Below are positions 53,529 through 53,622 of a stretch of DNA of 53,622 nucleotides, piece by piece; the first letter of the stretch is position 1; every line of letters starts with the position of its first letter. The DNA comes from Paramecium tetraurelia (taxonomy: Eukaryota): NCBI GenBank assembly GCA_000165425.1, contig CT868655.1, positions 310,001-363,622 of the forward strand. Direction: 5' to 3'. The translations under genes and the position numbers were made by a program. The notes under the pieces were generated by a model. The model worked only from the letters and a program-made list of their open reading frames with translations, was not told where the DNA came from and ran no database searches.

Positions 53529-53622
53529 GTTGGGTTTTTGGGTTTGGGTTTGGGGTTGGGTTTTGGGTTTGGGTTTGGGTTTGGGTTGGGGTTGGGGTTG
53601 GGGTTGGGTTTGGGTTTGGGTT
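53528..53622 (+). repeat. Macronuclear telomere, mixed GGGGTT/GGGTTT repeats
   Basis: G-rich strand running 5' to 3' to the window end, with interspersed G4T2 and G3T3 units as known for P. aurelia-type telomeres. Confidence 0.98.

Noticed and set aside
1..53622. Supplied ORF track taken as gene models
   Set aside because: It uses the standard code; TAA/TAG encode Gln here. Its ORFs are exon fragments or antisense shadows (e.g. 1728-1949, 2059-2325, 8637-8834, 24634-24873, 47078-47374).

Overview
This is the right-hand end of a ciliate macronuclear chromosome, almost certainly Paramecium. TAA/TAG are read as Gln and only TGA is a stop, introns are tiny (about 20-30 nt, GT..AG), and the window ends in mixed G4T2/G3T3 telomeric repeats. 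The supplied ORF track uses the standard code and therefore fragments every gene; all calls below were re-read by hand in the ciliate code. Bases 1-33,400 are a compact gene-dense core: a four-domain Cav/Nav-type channel, a MAPK-like pseudokinase, RPS15, cathepsin L, a dynein LC4-like EF-hand protein, a DUSP, NADP-IDH, an SF-assemblin-like protein, a triple Ulp1-like protein, a MORN protein, a DHHC palmitoyltransferase, EFCAB10, a SMARCAL1-like helicase, an amino-acid permease and a LolD/MacB-type ABC ATPase. Bases 33,500-45,000 hold decayed genes (WD40, Cys-rich surface proteins, AIG1-like GTPase) and a reverse-transcriptase relic. The last 8.4 kb is one intronless NLR-like NACHT-pentapeptide-WD40 (NWD) ORF that is cut by the telomere before any stop codon. 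The most notable observations are: (1) an LRGG|GCGTS motif at the NWD N-terminus, resembling a ubiquitin-protease cleavage site that would unmask a myristoylation signal; (2) hypervariable, shuffled 126-nt WD40 repeats in the same gene; (3) a protein with three catalytically dead Ulp1-like domains; (4) a channel with an I/E/E/E selectivity filter and a degenerate third voltage sensor; (5) the RT relic.
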